NCBI GenBank assembly: GCA_034678305.1
Contig: JAXDCA010000066.1
Location: 8,077 to 72,076 of the forward strand
Direction of reading: 5' to 3'
Length of the DNA: 64,000 bases
Source: Bellilinea sp.
Lineage (GTDB): Bacteria; Chloroflexota; Anaerolineae; Anaerolineales; Anaerolineaceae
Shown here: piece by piece, positions 38,422 through 48,427 of the stretch
Numbering within the stretch: position 1 is the stretch's first letter
How the letters are laid out: the number at the start of each line of letters is the position of its first letter
Notes under the pieces: generated by a model
The model's database searches: none
Told to the model about the DNA's origin: nothing
What the model saw: only the letters and a program-made list of their open reading frames with translations
Program-made: the position numbers and the translations under genes

Positions 38422-40347
38422 CTAGGATAAGCCCAGCACCTGGCCAGTTTCCGGATCCACATCAATGTCATAGAAGACTGGGCGGGTTGGTAAACCAGGC
38501 ATGGTGCTCATCGTCCCCAACAGCGGATAAAGGAATCCCGCTCCAACCGATGCGCGGATATCTCGCACCGGGATGCGGTATCCCTTGGGAACGCCCTTCA
38601 GGTTCACATCGTGGCTCAAACTGAGATGCGTTTTGGCCATGCAAATGGGCAGCTTATCGAAACCAAGCCTGGTGTAATCGGCAATGCGCGCCTCAGCTTC
38701 CGGTAAGTAATCTACGCCATCCGCGCCGTAAACTTCACGGGCTATTATTTCAATTTTTTCCTTGATGGGCAAATCCAGGTCATACAGGAAGCGGAATTGG
38801 CTGGGTTTTTCGGCTGCCTTGATGACTGCATGCGCGAGGTCAATTGCACCTTCGCCACCCATCATCCAATGGCGGCAAACGACTGCATCTTCAGCGCCGC
38901 ATTCGAGAGACGCCTTGTGGATGAGCGCCAACTCAGCCTCGGTATCGGTTTTGAACGAATTAATCGCAATCACTACCGGCAGGTTGTACTTTTTGGCGAT
39001 TTTGATGTGCGCCAGCAGGTTTTCCATGCCTTTGGAGAGCAACTCGAGGTTCTCATCCGTATATGCTGCGTCCAACGGCTTACCGGCCACAACCTTCGGT
39101 CCTCCGCCGTGCATCTTCAGGGCGCGCACGGTGGCAACAATGACGATCACATTCGGCACCAGGCCTGAATAGCGGCACTTGATATCCAGGAACTTCTCCA
39201 TGCCCATGTCCGAGCCAAAACCAGATTCGGTGATCACATAGTCGGCCATCTTTAAGCCAATTTTATCGGCCACAATGGAACTGTTACCGTGAGCGATATT
39301 CGCGAACGGCCCTGCATGGACGAATACCGGCGTCCCTTCCAGCGTCTGCATCAAGGTCGGCTTGATTGCGTCTTTCATTAATACGGTCATCGCGCCTGCC
39401 ACGCCCAGATCATCCGCGTTGATCGCCTCGCCCTTCTTATTGGTCCCGATGACGATCTGGCCCAACCGTCGACGCATATCTGTCAGGCTGGTAGTCAGCG
39501 CCAGGATGGCCATGATTTCACTGGCAACGGAAATATCAAAACCCGTTTCGCGTTCCATGCCCTTTTCATCCGGGCCTTTGCCGACCGTGATTCCCCGCAG
39601 AAAACGGTCACTGGTATCGAGCACCCGCCGCCAGGTGATGGATGCAGGATCGATATCCAAGCGCACAAAGCGGCTGCGCTCCTCGGGAGTCATATCTTCA
39701 GGATCGGTTTTGTCGATGCCAAGCTTCTTCAAGCGGGCAGTCATATTGCGTGAAAAATGGCGTTTACCTTGTTTATCGGGTGGGAAAAGTCGATTGAATA
39801 AAGCTTCATCGCTGGCCTGGGATTCATGGAACATTCGCGCATCGATCGCCGCGGCCATCAGATTATTGGCTGCGGTAATGGCATGAATATCGCCAGTCAG
39901 ATGCAGGTTAAAATCCTCCATCGGAACAACCTGACTGTAACCACCGCCGGCAGCCCCGCCCTTGATGCCAAAGGTCGGTCCCTGGCTGGGCTGGCGGATA
40001 ACCGTCATGACGCTCTTCCCCAGATGGGCGCCGAGCGCCTGGCTGAGGCCGACGGTTGTCGTTGTTTTTCCTTCACCAAGCGGTGTAGGGGTGATTGCGG
40101 TCACATCGATGTATTTGCCATCCGGCACACCTTTAAGACGATCAAGTACTTCCAGCTTCACCTTGGCTTTGTAAGGACCGTAAAATTCGATCTCCTCCGG
40201 CAATAAACCCAGTTCTTCTGCGACAACCGCAATTGGCTTTAATTGCGAAGCCTGAGCGATTTCGATATCAGATGGAACGGGCTCGACGCGATGCAAGGGC
40301 GTAGCCTGGAAGGTGCGTTTTGGTGCACCACCGCTTTTTGAACTCAT
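38422..40347 (-). CDS. fhs: Formate--tetrahydrofolate ligase
   Basis: [43 protein letters not shown]. Confidence 0.96.
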   Translation of the reverse strand: MSSKSGGAPKRTFQATPLHRVEPVPSDIEIAQASQLKPIAVVAEELGLLPEEIEFYGPYKAKVKLEVLDRLKGVPDGKYIDVTAITPTPLGEGKTTTTVGLSQALGAHLGKSVMTVIRQPSQGPTFGIKGGAAGGGYSQVVPMEDFNLHLTGDIHAITAANNLMAAAIDARMFHESQASDEALFNRLFPPDKQGKRHFSRNMTARLKKLGIDKTDPEDMTPEERSRFVRLDIDPASITWRRVLDTSDRFLRGITVGKGPDEKGMERETGFDISVASEIMAILALTTSLTDMRRRLGQIVIGTNKKGEAINADDLGVAGAMTVLMKDAIKPTLMQTLEGTPVFVHAGPFANIAHGNSSIVADKIGLKMADYVITESGFGSDMGMEKFLDIKCRYSGLVPNVIVIVATVRALKMHGGGPKVVAGKPLDAAYTDENLELLSKGMENLLAHIKIAKKYNLPVVIAINSFKTDTEAELALIHKASLECGAEDAVVCRHWMMGGEGAIDLAHAVIKAAEKPSQFRFLYDLDLPIKEKIEIIAREVYGADGVDYLPEAEARIADYTRLGFDKLPICMAKTHLSLSHDVNLKGVPKGYRIPVRDIRASVGAGFLYPLLGTMSTMPGLPTRPVFYDIDVDPETGQVLGLS

Positions 40348-40575
40348 CTGCAATCTCCTTTCCTATTCGATTGTGGGATATTTGGGTGCTGTGCAACCCG
40401 CGCCGCTTCTGATGGATAGATCGAAAAACGGTTTCAATTAGATGCGCAAGCATTCACCCGCTGGGCGGCACTTGCATACAATTATCAGACAACTTTTGAG
40501 GAAAATCAAGTCAAAAGATTTCCTTTTTAGCATGTCAAAAATAACCTTTTCAAACTGCAAGAAATCTGATTTTTA

Positions 40576-40604
40576 TTGACAGAGGTCATAGCAAATTCTA
40601 TAAT
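40576..40604 (+). promoter_or_regulatory. Perfect consensus sigma70 promoter
   Basis: TTGACA-17 bp-TATAAT. Confidence 0.8.
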
Positions 40605-40609
40605 GAAAA

Positions 40610-40694
40610 AAAGCCGTTGCAGCACTCACAAGAGAGGCCTGAACGACAGTAGAAAGCATCTCCCCGGCCGTCCGTGAATTCACGAACGGTTTTT
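40610..40694 (+). ncRNA. Candidate attenuator/riboswitch-like leader or sRNA
   Basis: 5' hairpin plus terminator CCGTCCGTG/CACGAACGG-TTTTT; alternative pairing AAGCCGTT/AACGGTTT. Confidence 0.45.
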
Positions 40695-40714
40695 CATATG
40701 AAAGGAGCCCAGCC

Positions 40715-40912
40715 ATGTTAATCAACCTTAGCGCAGACGAAATTAATATATTGACCCAGCTCCTCGAAAATTGCATCTCAGATCTACGCGAGGAGATTAG
40801 CAAGACTGACAATATTGGATACAAACAAATGCTCAAGGAACGCAGGGATGTACTGACCAAACTCCTGAACATATTGGTTAATGCTAAGGAGAGCCAACCG
40901 CTGAACATATAA
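40715..40912 (+). CDS. Small hypothetical helical protein (65 aa)
   Basis: AAGGAG SD; amphipathic two-helix pattern (DLREEISKTD...LKERRDVL). Confidence 0.75.
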   Translation: MLINLSADEINILTQLLENCISDLREEISKTDNIGYKQMLKERRDVLTKLLNILVNAKESQPLNI

Positions 40913-41194
40913 ATGGCTTTTGGATTTAAATTCCAGTTAAGCAAATTATCGAGACCGAAAGAGGAAAAAATTCGTCCATATCAACAATTCATGGATAGGC
41001 ATGTAGATTCTAATCAAATTCGCGTAATTTGTTTGCGGCAAAACCGATCGTCAGGGCGTTCCTGCCAAAATATTTTTAAATGGCAAATCCAATATCCGCT
41101 AAGGATCTACTCAAACAGGAGGTGTACACATTGCCGAATCGTGAAAGAGCAAAGAGATATAGATTATTGAGGTTTACTCAAAAGGAGGATGATC

Positions 41195-41596
41195 ATGACG
41201 ATCGAAAGCACCCGTGAAACCGTACTTGGCTATTTGAAATCTGAGCATGGCGATGTAAGCAAGTTAGCAAATGACGTTACTTTCACCCTTATGGCAACCG
41301 GTCAAGATACTCGCGGACCTGAGGCTGTGCTTGGAATGCTCCAATACCTGTACCACGTTGCCTTTAACGTGAACTTTATTCCCCGCGTGATGTTGTTTGG
41401 CGAATCCAACGCCATGGTGGAAGGTGATTTCACCGGTAAGCACATCGGCGAGTTCAACGGTATACCAGCAACCGGCAAAGATGTTCGCGTGCCGTTATGT
41501 ATCGTGTACGATGTTCTGGACAAAAAGATCACGCGCGCCCGGATATATTTCGAGTTGCCTGCCCTGCTGAGTCAGCTGGGTGTGAAAATGGGTTAA
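41195..41596 (+). CDS. SnoaL-like ester cyclase / NTF2-fold protein
   Basis: GKHIGEFNGIPATGK motif; AGGAGG SD. Confidence 0.88.
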   Translation: MTIESTRETVLGYLKSEHGDVSKLANDVTFTLMATGQDTRGPEAVLGMLQYLYHVAFNVNFIPRVMLFGESNAMVEGDFTGKHIGEFNGIPATGKDVRVPLCIVYDVLDKKITRARIYFELPALLSQLGVKMG

Positions 41597-41652
41597 GGCA
41601 GGACTTGTAATCTAGAACTTGATAGTTCATCCAAAAGAATACTCTTAATATT

Positions 41653-41688
41653 AAAAAATCCGCTGCGCGGGCAGCGGATTTTTGTTGT
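41653..41688. terminator. Bidirectional intrinsic terminator
   Basis: AAAAATCCGCTGC/GCAGCGGATTTTT between convergent genes. Confidence 0.85.
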
Positions 41689-41700
41689 TACCTAGCCATT

Positions 41701-43071
41701 TTACGGGGTTGCTTCCAATACAGCTGCAGCGTCCACAAGTCCCGCACCAGTCGCATCGTCTCCCCAAGATATCATTTCAGAATATCCCCATGGTGTTCTC
41801 ACTAATCGGGAACCAGGTGGAAGTGGAATTGCATAATCTGTAAGAAGGATTTCAGCGTTTTCTGCAGATAGTTCAGGAAGTTTCTGCAACATCAAAGCCA
41901 CGATGCCTGCCACGTGCGGGCTGGCCATGCTGGTGCCGCCCAGGTAGTAGTAACTGAGCTTGCCACTTTGCATTTGGTACGGGCCGAGCACCCAGGAACC
42001 GGGCGCAGCCACATCCAGATCCTGACCGGAAAGCTCGCGGCTGGAGAAATCGGTGATATAGAAATCATTTGGGTTGGTCGGATCGAGCACATTACTATAC
42101 CACCAAGCCCCCGATTTCCATTCTCCTACCCAGCCAGAAGCTGCGACCGAGATCACGGGCTCATAAGCACCGGGATAACCCATCCCTGCTTCCCCTTCAT
42201 TGCCAGCCGAAGCGACGATGATCACGCCCATCTCGATGGCATAATCGATCGCAGCCTTCTCCATGGCATCTAATTCCGATCCGCCCAGGCTCATGTTGAT
42301 CACTACCGGCTTTCCGTTTAATGGCTCCCCTTCAGCCTTTAAATCGGCAATATAGGTGATGCCGCGCGCAACGACCGATGACCAGCCGGAGCCGTTCTGA
42401 TTGAGCACCTTCACAGGGATAACCGTCGCCATAGGCGCAACGCCATTGATGAGATTAACTCCGAACTGATATCCAAGGATGGTGCTGGTGACATGGGTGC
42501 CGTGCGAGTTCTGGTCATGCTGCCACTTCTCTGGCTGCGTGGACACAAATCCCATTTCACCGCCGCCGCCGCCAAAGCAGATCGCATACTCTTCAGCGAT
42601 TCGCTCCTCAGGGAAATACTGGCGCCAGGAATCCAGCAGGCCGGTGTCCAGCACGGCCACATATACACCCGTGCCATCATAGTCAACCTTCCTGTTGTCG
42701 AATCCAAAATCAGTAACATTGATCGCGTCCAAGTCCCAGGTGCTCAGACCACTGGAAAAATCAGTGACGCTGACCGTATCCACCGGAGAGCCGTTGCGCG
42801 CCGCATCCGGGGTGGCGGACTCCACAAACGGCAAGGCGCGGATGGCTTCGAGGCGCTCCTGTTTCACCTGCATGGTCACCGCATCGATCGCATAAACAAC
42901 ATCGCGAACTTTGCCAATTTTCCCAAGCTCCACAAGGTATTGATTCGTGATGTCCGTGTTCAAGACAACATTGACCCCGATGGCGCTTTTAGTACTCGCC
43001 GCTGAAACGGTGGAAAACGTCATTACGAGCACCATAAAAAGAATCATTACAACCGATATCGTTTTTTTCAT
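41701..43071 (-). CDS. Secreted subtilisin-like S8 protease
   Basis: Signal peptide; VLDTG, HGTHV and GTSMASPHVAG triad. Confidence 0.95.
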   Translation of the reverse strand: MKKTISVVMILFMVLVMTFSTVSAASTKSAIGVNVVLNTDITNQYLVELGKIGKVRDVVYAIDAVTMQVKQERLEAIRALPFVESATPDAARNGSPVDTVSVTDFSSGLSTWDLDAINVTDFGFDNRKVDYDGTGVYVAVLDTGLLDSWRQYFPEERIAEEYAICFGGGGGEMGFVSTQPEKWQHDQNSHGTHVTSTILGYQFGVNLINGVAPMATVIPVKVLNQNGSGWSSVVARGITYIADLKAEGEPLNGKPVVINMSLGGSELDAMEKAAIDYAIEMGVIIVASAGNEGEAGMGYPGAYEPVISVAASGWVGEWKSGAWWYSNVLDPTNPNDFYITDFSSRELSGQDLDVAAPGSWVLGPYQMQSGKLSYYYLGGTSMASPHVAGIVALMLQKLPELSAENAEILLTDYAIPLPPGSRLVRTPWGYSEMISWGDDATGAGLVDAAAVLEATP

Positions 43072-43557
43072 GCTGCGTGTCCTCTTTTCTCGTAGGCAAT
43101 ATTTAGAATCGGTAATACGATGAACCTTTGAAGAATATCAACCCTGCCTCAATCCTCACAGATATAAACGATTTTTTGACCCTAACCACCTCCTCTCTAG
43201 AATCGCGCAAAGAATGAACAAGTCCATTCATTGGTTGCCATTACTTTGAATAAATGATGAATGTTCAATAAATCTCGTCAAGGTTTCCCGTCAATACTTG
43301 AGTCGAACCCTCCTTTGAGTAGTAACGGGTTAGAAAACGATACAAAAATAGTATAAATGATTATTGTGATAAATTCAATCACGATTTTTGGATTTATTGG
43401 ATGGGTTGCGCCGAAAACGTGTTGAATTACTCCTGCGGATATATGGTCCGCTGCGGTAAGACTCATTTTTTGCATGCGGCACCCCTGCAAGCATGCAATA
43501 ATCTACCGGCATAGTTGCGTTTTGAAGCTTAGTAACCCTGTCTTTGGCCATATCCAG

Positions 43558-43641
43558 TAGGGCGGGTGGGACTTGAACCCACAAGGTGTCACCACCGGCG
43601 GATTTTAAGTCCGCTGCGTCTGCCTGTTCCGCCACCGCCCC
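43558..43641 (-). tRNA. tRNA-Leu (anticodon UAA)
   Basis: GGGGCGG acceptor, GCGGA-CTTAAAA-TCCGC anticodon arm, variable arm, GTGGG-TTCAAGT-CCCAC; CCA not encoded. Confidence 0.95.
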
Positions 43642-43727
43642 GGGATGCACTAATTTTATCGCAACACTTGAGCGCGTCAAGCTCTTAACTCCATCCAAAC
43701 TCAGAATTATCAACTTCCATGTTTTTA

Positions 43728-43825
43728 TTGATGGTTTACACGCTTCGTGTTATAATCTGCCCTCGCGCTCAACAAACCGAAGAGCCATTTGCTCTTATAG
43801 TGATAATGTTGGAAGGAATGTATTG
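43728..43825 (+). promoter_or_regulatory. rplS promoter and hairpin leader
   Basis: TTGATG-17-TATAAT with extended TG; CAACA..AAGAGC/GCTCTT..TGTTG hairpin next to the SD. Confidence 0.5.
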
Positions 43826-44173
43826 ATGAACGACCTGCTTAAATCCTTAGATGCACCTGTCAATCCAAACATCCCCGATATCCAGGCCGGCGACAGTGTC
43901 TCGGTGCACGTAAAAATCAAGGAAGGCAACCGCGAACGAATTCAGGAATTCAAAGGCACCGTGTTGTATAAACACAATAACGGCAACAATTCCACCTTCA
44001 CCGTCCGCCGCATCGCCACGAACGGCATCGGCGTCGAGCGTACGTTTCTATTGCGCTCCCCGCGCATCGACAAGGTCGTTGTTGAGCGCAGAAACAAGGT
44101 AAACCGCGCGCGGTTGTATTTCTTGCGCAAGCGCACCGGCAAAGGCGCCCGCCTTAAACAAAAGTTCAATTAG
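43826..44173 (+). CDS. rplS: 50S ribosomal protein L19
   Basis: GDSVSVH, EGNRERIQEF, FTVRR, GVERTF, RARLYFLR. Confidence 0.97.
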   Translation: MNDLLKSLDAPVNPNIPDIQAGDSVSVHVKIKEGNRERIQEFKGTVLYKHNNGNNSTFTVRRIATNGIGVERTFLLRSPRIDKVVVERRNKVNRARLYFLRKRTGKGARLKQKFN

Positions 44174-44197
44174 CACGTTATCCATGCCAGCCATCGC

Positions 44198-44236
44198 GAA
44201 GGGTGCAGCCGCATTGATTGACTGCGCCCTTCTTCC
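44198..44236 (+). terminator. Hairpin after rplS
   Basis: GAAGGGTGCAG/CTGCGCCCTTC stem; weak T tail. Confidence 0.45.
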
Positions 44237-44260
44237 GTAAATCAACCGAATCGAGGTTGC

Positions 44261-44977
44261 ATGCCCGCCCCTTTGATCGGAATCACCACCAGCCGTTTTC
44301 TATCCAGCGCAAATTACCACCTCATCGCAACCACTGAAGCTTATATCAAGGCGGTGCAGCGCGCGGGAGGGATCCCAGTGCTGATTCCGGTTGGTCTCGC
44401 CCACAGCGATTTACAACAATTGCGCAAATCTTTGAACGGCATCCTGCTCTCCGGCGGCGGGGATATTGAGCCGCAACGCTTCAACGGCAAGCCTCACCCG
44501 CGTATCCATGACATCGATGAAAGCCGCGATGAATTGGAACTCGAGCTCGTCCGTTTGGCAGTAGAAACCGATTGGCCCTTCTTTGGCATTTGTCGCGGGA
44601 TTCAGGTGATCAATGTTGCCCTTGGGGGAAGCCTATATACCGATATAAGCGCGCAGCTTCCATCTGCGCTGCGCCATGACTGTTACCCGAACATGCCGCG
44701 GGATTTCATCGCTCACCAGGTTAACCTGCAACCCGGCAGCATGCTGGAACAAGCTGTAAAAGGCGTAGAACTGGAGGTCAACAGCCTGCATCATCAGGGA
44801 ATCGATCAGCTAGGCTGCCGCTTAGAAGTGCTGGCGAGTGCGCCGGACGGGCTGGTCGAGGCGGTCTGGCTCAAACGCCATCCATTCGGCCTGGGGGTGC
44901 AGTGGCATCCCGAATGGCTGCCGGGCAGTCCAGCGCACCAGGCCATTTTTTCAGCATTTATTGAGGCTGCGCGTTAA
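44261..44977 (+). CDS. Gamma-glutamyl-GABA hydrolase family (peptidase C26)
   Basis: SGGGD, GICRGIQ, NSLHHQ, QWHPE. Confidence 0.92.
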   Translation: MPAPLIGITTSRFLSSANYHLIATTEAYIKAVQRAGGIPVLIPVGLAHSDLQQLRKSLNGILLSGGGDIEPQRFNGKPHPRIHDIDESRDELELELVRLAVETDWPFFGICRGIQVINVALGGSLYTDISAQLPSALRHDCYPNMPRDFIAHQVNLQPGSMLEQAVKGVELEVNSLHHQGIDQLGCRLEVLASAPDGLVEAVWLKRHPFGLGVQWHPEWLPGSPAHQAIFSAFIEAAR

Positions 44978-44980
44978 ATC

Positions 44981-45805
44981 ATGCCTGGCAAAAACGATTC
45001 GATCATTGGTGTTTTCGACTCCGGCGTCGGCGGCTTATCTGTCCTGCGCGCCATCCGCGAGCAGTTGCCAGCTCAGCCGGTAATCTATTTTGCGGATCAG
45101 GCGCACGTCCCTTACGGCCCCCGCTCGCTCGAAGAAGTGCGCGCTTTCTCAGCGGAAATTAGCCGCTTCCTCTTGGATCTAGGCGCGCAGGTCATTGTGG
45201 TCGCTTGCAACGCCGCCTCTGCGGCTGCGCTGCATTCCTTGCGCGAGCGGTTTCCTAACGTACCCTTCATCGGCATGGAACCGGCGGTCAAGCCGGCCGC
45301 GGAGGGCACCAAATCCGGGCGCGTCGGTGTTCTGGCCACTCCGGCCACCTTTCAGGGCGAGCTCTACGCCTCTGTTGTGGAACGTTTCGCCAATGATGTT
45401 TCCATCTTCCAAAACACCTGCCCCGGGCTGGTGGCGGAGATCGAAGCCGGCCGTATGGACGGCAGGAAAGCACGGCGCATCCTGACTGACGCCCTGCGCC
45501 CCATGCTGGCTGAGGGCATCGATACGATTGTGCTTGGATGCACTCATTATCCATTCGTCATCCCCTTGATCGAGGAAATTGCCGGTCCGCAGGTGCGCGT
45601 GATCGATCCGGCGCCGGCAATCGCCCGCCAGCTTGGACGCGTGCTGTCAAACCGCGGGCTGCTTGCCGAAGGACCCGCCAGTCCTACGCGTTTTATCACT
45701 AGCGGCGATGTCGCTGGCATGGCTTACGATATCAAGCTGCTTCTCGATAACCATTCCCCGGTAGAAAAAGCGCACTGGGATGGCTGCCTGCTTTCTTTGT
45801 CATAA
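44981..45805 (+). CDS. murI: Glutamate racemase
   Basis: FDSGVGGL, PYG, ACNAAS, LGCTHYP. Confidence 0.96.
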   Translation: MPGKNDSIIGVFDSGVGGLSVLRAIREQLPAQPVIYFADQAHVPYGPRSLEEVRAFSAEISRFLLDLGAQVIVVACNAASAAALHSLRERFPNVPFIGMEPAVKPAAEGTKSGRVGVLATPATFQGELYASVVERFANDVSIFQNTCPGLVAEIEAGRMDGRKARRILTDALRPMLAEGIDTIVLGCTHYPFVIPLIEEIAGPQVRVIDPAPAIARQLGRVLSNRGLLAEGPASPTRFITSGDVAGMAYDIKLLLDNHSPVEKAHWDGCLLSLS

Positions 45806-45941
45806 CCCGGCTTACTTTTTTTACAATACGCTTTGTTGAAAAAATGCTTCGAACGGGGCGTCTCATCGATCGTTCCTAAAAATAATTTTCCAGGATCCTT
45901 TCTGATATACTTAGTTTAGAGTCAAGGAGTCCTCCAATAGC

Positions 45942-46469
45942 ATGGCGCGAATTGAAATCGAACTGAATCCAGTCACTCATATCACCACAGATGCCATCGG
46001 CAAACCTGGACAGCGCGTTTTCTATCTTCAGGGTCGGCAGGAAGATAAGGTTGTTACTCTTCTTGTCGAGAAAATCCAAGTTCAAACCATGGCAATTGGA
46101 ATCGAGCAATTCCTCAGCGAACTCAACTCTCGCTACCCAGACCTGGCGCCTGCCTCAGCAGATTACGAAGAGGATCGAATGCGCATCGATATTCCCGTTG
46201 ATCCGCTCTTCAGGGTGGGAGAACTTGGACTTGCCTACGACTCAGAGCATGACCTGGCATGCCTGATTGCTCATGAAATCCTGGGAGAAAATCAGAGCGA
46301 CGAGGATGCCGGCGAGGTTCGTTTTTGGTGCACCCGTTCGCAGTTGAAGGCGATAAGCGTCTGGAGTAGCGAGGTCGCCAGCCGCGGGCGCGCCATCTGC
46401 CCGCAGTGCGGCGAGCCGATAGACCCAGAAGGGCACTTCTGCCCGAAAAAGAACGGGCATAAACACTGA
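45942..46469 (+). CDS. DUF3090-family protein
   Basis: GKPGQRVFYLQ, EKIQ, FRVG, GR..CPQCGEPIDPEGHFCPKKNGH. Confidence 0.88.
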   Translation: MARIEIELNPVTHITTDAIGKPGQRVFYLQGRQEDKVVTLLVEKIQVQTMAIGIEQFLSELNSRYPDLAPASADYEEDRMRIDIPVDPLFRVGELGLAYDSEHDLACLIAHEILGENQSDEDAGEVRFWCTRSQLKAISVWSSEVASRGRAICPQCGEPIDPEGHFCPKKNGHKH

Positions 46470-46473
46470 AACC

Positions 46474-47208
46474 GTGAGCGGTGAAACTAATCAAAAGACC
46501 GTATTGATTGCCCTGCAAAACGGCAAGCTTACCCTGACTGGCCAGTTCGTGCACGGTTCCAATTCCACTTTTCTGGTAAAAATCAATCACGCCGGTCAGG
46601 AATACACGGCCGTCTACAAACCTTCGCGCGGCGAGCAGCCGCTCTGGGATTTCCCGGAATATACCCTCGCAAAACGCGAGGTTGCCGCATTTTTGATCAG
46701 TGAAACTCTTGCCTGGCAGCTGGTGCCTCCGACCGTTTACCGGCGCAGCGCTCCGTACGGACCCGGCTCTGTGCAACTGTTCATCGACCATGACGCCAAT
46801 TATCAGTACTTCACCTTTAGTCAGGAAGACCGCCAGCGTTTGCGCCCTGTTGCGCTTTTCGACCTGATCGTAAACAACGCTGACCGCAAGGGCGGGCATA
46901 TCCTCTTCGACGCAGAAGACCACCTATGGCTGATCGACCACGGACTATGCTTCCACGTCGAGGATAAGTTGCGCACCGTCATCTGGGATTTTGGCGGTCA
47001 GCCCATCCCCGCCGAACCGATCCAGGCGCTCGAAAAAATGCTCTTCGAGTTGGAAAAATCACCATCCGCATTGACAAGGCTGTTGAGTAGACTGCTCGCG
47101 CCAGTTGAAATCAGCGCCATGGCTGAGCGTACTCGCCAGCTGCTGCTAACCCGTACCTTTCCATTGCCGCTGCCCAACCGCAGGCCGTATCCCTGGCCGC
47201 CGATTTAG
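46474..47208 (+). CDS. SCO1664-family PI3/PI4-kinase-like protein
   Basis: VYKP..GEQPLWDFP, REVAA, NNADRKGGH, IDHGLCF, KLRTVIW. Confidence 0.88.
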   Translation: MSGETNQKTVLIALQNGKLTLTGQFVHGSNSTFLVKINHAGQEYTAVYKPSRGEQPLWDFPEYTLAKREVAAFLISETLAWQLVPPTVYRRSAPYGPGSVQLFIDHDANYQYFTFSQEDRQRLRPVALFDLIVNNADRKGGHILFDAEDHLWLIDHGLCFHVEDKLRTVIWDFGGQPIPAEPIQALEKMLFELEKSPSALTRLLSRLLAPVEISAMAERTRQLLLTRTFPLPLPNRRPYPWPPI

Positions 47209-47392
47209 GTTCATCAAGTTGATCGAACCAGCGCGCTATTTATCCATCAGCTGCAAGAGTTTGTCCGCCGAAACCCTTGTTTGGATGATGAAATCCCCAT
47301 TCTTCACATAAAAGTTAAAACAAATCGGTTAATCCACCTGGAAAATGTTAAAATAGATTGAGGAATAAGCATTTATGGACAAGGAGTAATTA

Positions 47393-48427
47393 ATGAAACA
47401 GGTATCGCTGGCAATGGTTGGCTTTGGCAATGTTGGACAAGCATTTGCCCGTCTGTTGCTTCAAAAAGAAAAGGAACTGGCTGAAAAATTTGGAATTAAC
47501 TTCATCGTTACCGGCATCATCACCGGCAGGCATGGCGGCGCGATTTCATCCGGCGGGATCAATTTAACCCGCGCGCTGGAAACCATTGGACGCGGTCAAT
47601 CTCTGGATATTCTCTCAGAACAACCAGCGCCGGTGCAAACTACCGATTTCTTGTTCTCCAGTTCGGCCGAGGCGATGATCGAAACCTCGCCAGTCAATCA
47701 CTACACAGGGCAGCCAGCAATCGACCACATCAAAGCCGCCATCAATAAAGGCATGCACACCATCACCGCTAATAAAGGGCCGGTCGTTCATGCCTACCAA
47801 GAACTGACAACAATGGCTGCCACGCGCGGCAAGCGTTTTCTGTTCGAATCAGCGGTGATGGACGGCGCGCCGATCTTCTCGCTTTTCCGCGGCCCGCTGC
47901 CCGCTGTCGAATTGGAAGGCTTTCAAGGAATCCTGAATTCCTGCACGAATTACATCCTTGGATTGATGGCGGATGGCAAAACCTTCGATCAGGCAGTCAA
48001 AGCTGCCCAGTCGATCGGCATCGCTGAGACCGATCCCTCAGGGGACATCGACGGCTGGGATGCAGCCATTAAAGTAGCTGCGCTGGTGACGGTATTGACG
48101 GGAATCCCACTAAAACCGCAGCAGGTCGAACGCACTGGCATTCGCGATATCACCCCTGAAATGATCGCCGAGGCGCAGGCAGCCGGCGAACGTTGGAAAT
48201 TAGTCTGCACTGCCCGCCGTAAGGGCGAGCTGCTGCTGGAAGCGTCGGTCAAGCCTCAGCGCATCGCACCCGGCTCGGCGCTCTATGCGATCAACGGCAC
48301 CAGCTCATACGTCGAATTCAAACTCGATGTGCTGCCAGGCCTGGGCATCCTCGAAAACAATCCTGGTCCAGACACCACTGCCTACGGGCTGCTGGCTGAC
48401 CTGCTCAACGCGTTGCGCGGACAATAA
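47393..48427 (+). CDS. hom: Homoserine dehydrogenase (no ACT domain)
   Basis: GFGNVG, TANKGP, GILN, AETDPSGDIDGWDAAIK. Confidence 0.88.
   Translation: MKQVSLAMVGFGNVGQAFARLLLQKEKELAEKFGINFIVTGIITGRHGGAISSGGINLTRALETIGRGQSLDILSEQPAPVQTTDFLFSSSAEAMIETSPVNHYTGQPAIDHIKAAINKGMHTITANKGPVVHAYQELTTMAATRGKRFLFESAVMDGAPIFSLFRGPLPAVELEGFQGILNSCTNYILGLMADGKTFDQAVKAAQSIGIAETDPSGDIDGWDAAIKVAALVTVLTGIPLKPQQVERTGIRDITPEMIAEAQAAGERWKLVCTARRKGELLLEASVKPQRIAPGSALYAINGTSSYVEFKLDVLPGLGILENNPGPDTTAYGLLADLLNALRGQ

Noticed and set aside
40638-40660. CTGAACGA...GAAA as a hammerhead core, or CAAGAGAGG as SAM-I
   Set aside because: The spacing does not fit CUGANGA, stem II is missing, and the other SAM-I motifs are absent.
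40913-41170. 85-aa ORF after the small protein
   Set aside because: No SD and no recognisable motif; likely spurious.
40570-43557. Genomic island integrated at tRNA-Leu
   Set aside because: No integrase and no duplicated tRNA 3' end were found; only AT-rich spacers.
43375-43825. ORF 43375-43713 and the N-terminal extension of ORF 43586-44173
   Set aside because: Both overlap tRNA-Leu; L19 homology starts at 43826.
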